A stretch of 62,869 nt of DNA, counting the filler, from Limisphaerales bacterium (GTDB lineage Bacteria > Verrucomicrobiota > Verrucomicrobiia > Limisphaerales > SIBE01), in NCBI GenBank assembly GCA_044225505.1. It is 4 parts of 4 records of this genome, joined end to end, with 100 filler letters (N's around TTAATTAATTAA, not from the genome) between each part and the next. Parts side by side here need not be neighbours in the genome. Positions count along the whole stretch, not along the records: positions 47,773 to 62,869 come from JBGAIN010000192.1; 3 more parts are not named here. The stretch is one strand, 5' to 3'. The stretch's first letter is position 1, and the number at the start of each line of letters is the position of its first letter. Shown piece after piece: positions 60,456 through 62,869 of this stretch. The position numbers were made by a program, and so were the translations under genes. Under the pieces are notes generated by a model that was given only the letters and a program-made list of their open reading frames with translations, was not told the DNA's origin and did not search any database.

Positions 60456-61418
60456 TCAGTACCATTTCCGAATCCGGACTTCGGTGCCCTGGTCTGTCCC
60501 AACCAGTTGCTTAAACCGCAAGACGTCGGCATTACCATAACCTCGGTAATGGTAGAGATACACAACCTTGGGCCGAAACTGGCGCACTGCATCCGCGGCT
60601 TTCGCAACGGACATCGTGAAGGGCAGGTTCATGCAAACAAACGCCACATCGATATCCGGCAGGTTTCGCAGTTCCGGGATATCCTCGGTGTCACCGCTGA
60701 CGTAAATTCGCTTTCCGCCGATCGTCAAAACATAGCCGTTCCCGACACCTTTTGGATGATACGTTGAGGTCAAGTTGTAGGCCGGGACGGCCTCTACGTT
60801 AATCTCTAAGAGGTTCGTGATTGCTCCATTGGCCAGCTGAATCGCATTGGTTTTCAGACTGGCCGGTAAGCTTTGGTAGACAGCCGCCGGAACGACAATG
60901 ACCGTGTTTGAACTTTTCACGCCATTGAGTGTTGCGGTATCGAAATGGTCGCTGTGGGAGTGAGTTACGAGTATTAAATCCGCTCTCGGCAAAGCGGCAT
61001 AAGGGGTTGCGCCTCCGACTGGATCGCAATAGACCGTGCGTCCCTGCCAAGTGAAGACGAAGCTGGCATGGTCAACGGGGTGGAAGGTGATCTCGCCCTG
61101 CATGGTGAGCAAATGATCGCCCGATATGGCGTTGGTGGCAGCTTCGACGCCCCGGTAAAACCGCCGGGCCAGGAATGGCGCGGCCGAGTCTGTAAATGAG
61201 TTGCTCGAGGCGGTGTTGAGAAGCGTGGCCAGTCCAGTCCAATCGCGCAGATCAAGAGAGCTTTCCAGACGGGTCCGTTGCCCGGCATCCGCCGCCACAG
61301 GGAGAAGTATCTCCCGGTTTGTCAGCACTTGAACAAGCCTCAGAGGTGGCACCGGATCAGCGCTGACAAGCGTTAGGCTAAGCCAGCCCAGAAAGGAGGA
61401 AAGAGCGAATTTAGACAT
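60456..61418 (-). CDS. Secreted MBL-fold metallo-hydrolase with N-terminal RFYR module
   Basis: Signal peptide; LESSLDLRDW...RRFYRGV; then HASF, THSHSDH, YHPKG, SGDTED, YLYHY. Confidence 0.92.
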   Translation of the reverse strand: MSKFALSSFLGWLSLTLVSADPVPPLRLVQVLTNREILLPVAADAGQRTRLESSLDLRDWTGLATLLNTASSNSFTDSAAPFLARRFYRGVEAATNAISGDHLLTMQGEITFHPVDHASFVFTWQGRTVYCDPVGGATPYAALPRADLILVTHSHSDHFDTATLNGVKSSNTVIVVPAAVYQSLPASLKTNAIQLANGAITNLLEINVEAVPAYNLTSTYHPKGVGNGYVLTIGGKRIYVSGDTEDIPELRNLPDIDVAFVCMNLPFTMSVAKAADAVRQFRPKVVYLYHYRGYGNADVLRFKQLVGTDQGTEVRIRKWY

Positions 61419-61597
61419 AGCGCATCGTTGATTGCGGGACGGTGAAGGGACCCTAACATAGACCCGTTGAGCCAACAAGTCTGTCGGCTCAATAAGACGT
61501 TCGATGCGAATGCCGAAACGATCTGCCAGGCCTGTCCGAATTCAGGGGTAGTTCGGTCAAAACCAGGGAAAATCGCACTCTTGCGAATCCAAGAGAT

Positions 61598-62869
61598 CTA
61601 TAAGACCAAAGCGGGCTCGGAAGTGGGCGCGGCCGCAACAGGGTTAGCGCAGGTTGGTTGTTGAAGGCGTGCGGCGGTGCGAAGGACGGCCCGGCAGCGG
61701 ATCGCACGGACGTTCGGCATGGTCATGTCGACGTGGCGGAAACGCTCCGCAACCTCCGCTTCGGCCATTTCCAAAATCTCCGGAGGATATTCCGTCTGTC
61801 CCACGAGGGCGTCTCTGATCGCAACCTCCTGGATTTGATAGCGTTTCAGCTCTCGAAGATGCTGGGCGGTGATCTGGGTTCCTGTCGACAGCAAGACGCC
61901 ACCATGCTCGTCAATGACATCGGAACCGATTTCCATCCCGATCTCCAGGCGCGCGAACGGGATCAAAGAAGATTTGATCGTCCGCGGATGATCGGGGTGA
62001 GAGTCCGGAGCGCCAGGGCCAAAGTGAGGTGCTTTCTTGGTTTGGTCTTTGCGTTGGGTGCGGTTCGGTAAGAGAGTGTTGAGAAAAGCGTCGCATCGGC
62101 TGTCAAGGGCATTGAGGAGCGGTTCAATGGGGATATCTCTCAATGGTAATGGCTCCGGTCCGGTCGGGAGCACCAGCGGAGCGACATACCGTTCGCCTGT
62201 ATTCCCGTAAAGAAGGGCACTCGTGATGAAGTCCGCGTAATGGACGATCATGGCGTCCAGAACATTGAAGGGAAACTTGACAACCGGATGGTGTCGTCGC
62301 ACGCACTCGCCCAACGGCTTTGGCAATCCCCAAGTGGCCAGGAGTTCACCACCGATTTCGGCGTGATCAAATCCCAGGATATCACGTTCGACGGTCGAGG
62401 CTAATTGCCGCTCGCGTTCGCACCGTTGCAGAATCTCTTTGCTCTCAGTCGGCGCATTCACATACATGATTAACCGGCCGATATCGTGGAGCAGTCCGCC
62501 GATGAAAAGGCGTTCAGGAACTGGGTCGCGGAGGAATTCGGCAATCAAAGCGCTGGCTAAACCACAGACCAAGCTGTGCTCCCAAAACGCGTTTACATCC
62601 AGGAGATGTTCCGGGACGTTATCGAACGTCTGAATGACGGTGGTGGCGGAAACCAGCTGGTTGATATGTTCCAAACCGACCAGTTGCGCGGCGGCTTCCA
62701 CGGTGTTGATGTCGCTTCGCCCTCCGAAGAGGGCGCTGTTCGCCAACTTGAGGATACGGGAGGTCAGGGCCGGATCGCGTAGGATGAGTTCAGATACCGA
62801 AGAAATTGAGGTGTCTGGTCGCCGTAACGCCTCGCCAAGTTCTTGATAGATTGCGGGCAAACTCGGAGG
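61598..62869 (-). CDS. HDOD domain protein (5' end outside window)
   Basis: PSLPAIY, DPALTSRILKLANSA, FWEHSL, GLLHDIG, GFDHAEIG...WGLP...HH. Confidence 0.92.
   Translation of the reverse strand, partial: PPSLPAIYQELGEALRRPDTSISSVSELILRDPALTSRILKLANSALFGGRSDINTVEAAAQLVGLEHINQLVSATTVIQTFDNVPEHLLDVNAFWEHSLVCGLASALIAEFLRDPVPERLFIGGLLHDIGRLIMYVNAPTESKEILQRCERERQLASTVERDILGFDHAEIGGELLATWGLPKPLGECVRRHHPVVKFPFNVLDAMIVHYADFITSALLYGNTGERYVAPLVLPTGPEPLPLRDIPIEPLLNALDSRCDAFLNTLLPNRTQRKDQTKKAPHFGPGAPDSHPDHPRTIKSSLIPFARLEIGMEIGSDVIDEHGGVLLSTGTQITAQHLRELKRYQIQEVAIRDALVGQTEYPPEILEMAEAEVAERFRHVDMTMPNVRAIRCRAVLRTAARLQQPTCANPVAAAPTSEPALVL

Overview
GC-rich bacterial sequence, most consistent with a Verrucomicrobiota (Pedosphaerales-like) draft genome or MAG; this is inferred from gene content (prepilin-type H-X9-DG proteins, PSD1/DUF1553 plus DUF1501, PQQ-like propellers, DUF1080, delta-60 repeats). 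The window is four pieces (1-15377, 15478-30458, 30559-47672, 47773-62869) joined by artificial 100-nt N spacers containing TTAATTAATTAA, so adjacency across spacers is not evidence of linkage. It holds housekeeping genes (rplU-rpmA-obgE, miaB, nagB, tRNA-Tyr), carbohydrate and redox enzymes, an alanine-glyoxylate aminotransferase-glcDEF operon, many secreted proteins, and a debris-rich zone around tRNA-Tyr with a broken DUF4160/DUF2442 pair. Several stretches carry clustered indels that look like consensus errors. I saw no CRISPR array, rRNA, intact transposase or integrase. Best leads: (i) a ~70-aa module ending in RFYR shared by three unrelated secreted proteins, C-terminal in two and N-terminal in one, a candidate sorting or anchoring domain; (ii) a perfect FNR-type box in front of a small Cys/His-containing unknown protein; (iii) an orphan ~700-aa protein built from divergent internal repeats; (iv) a structured ~1 kb non-coding region upstream of rplU; (v) a metallothionein-like micro-ORF; (vi) an HDOD protein with an apparently permuted domain order.
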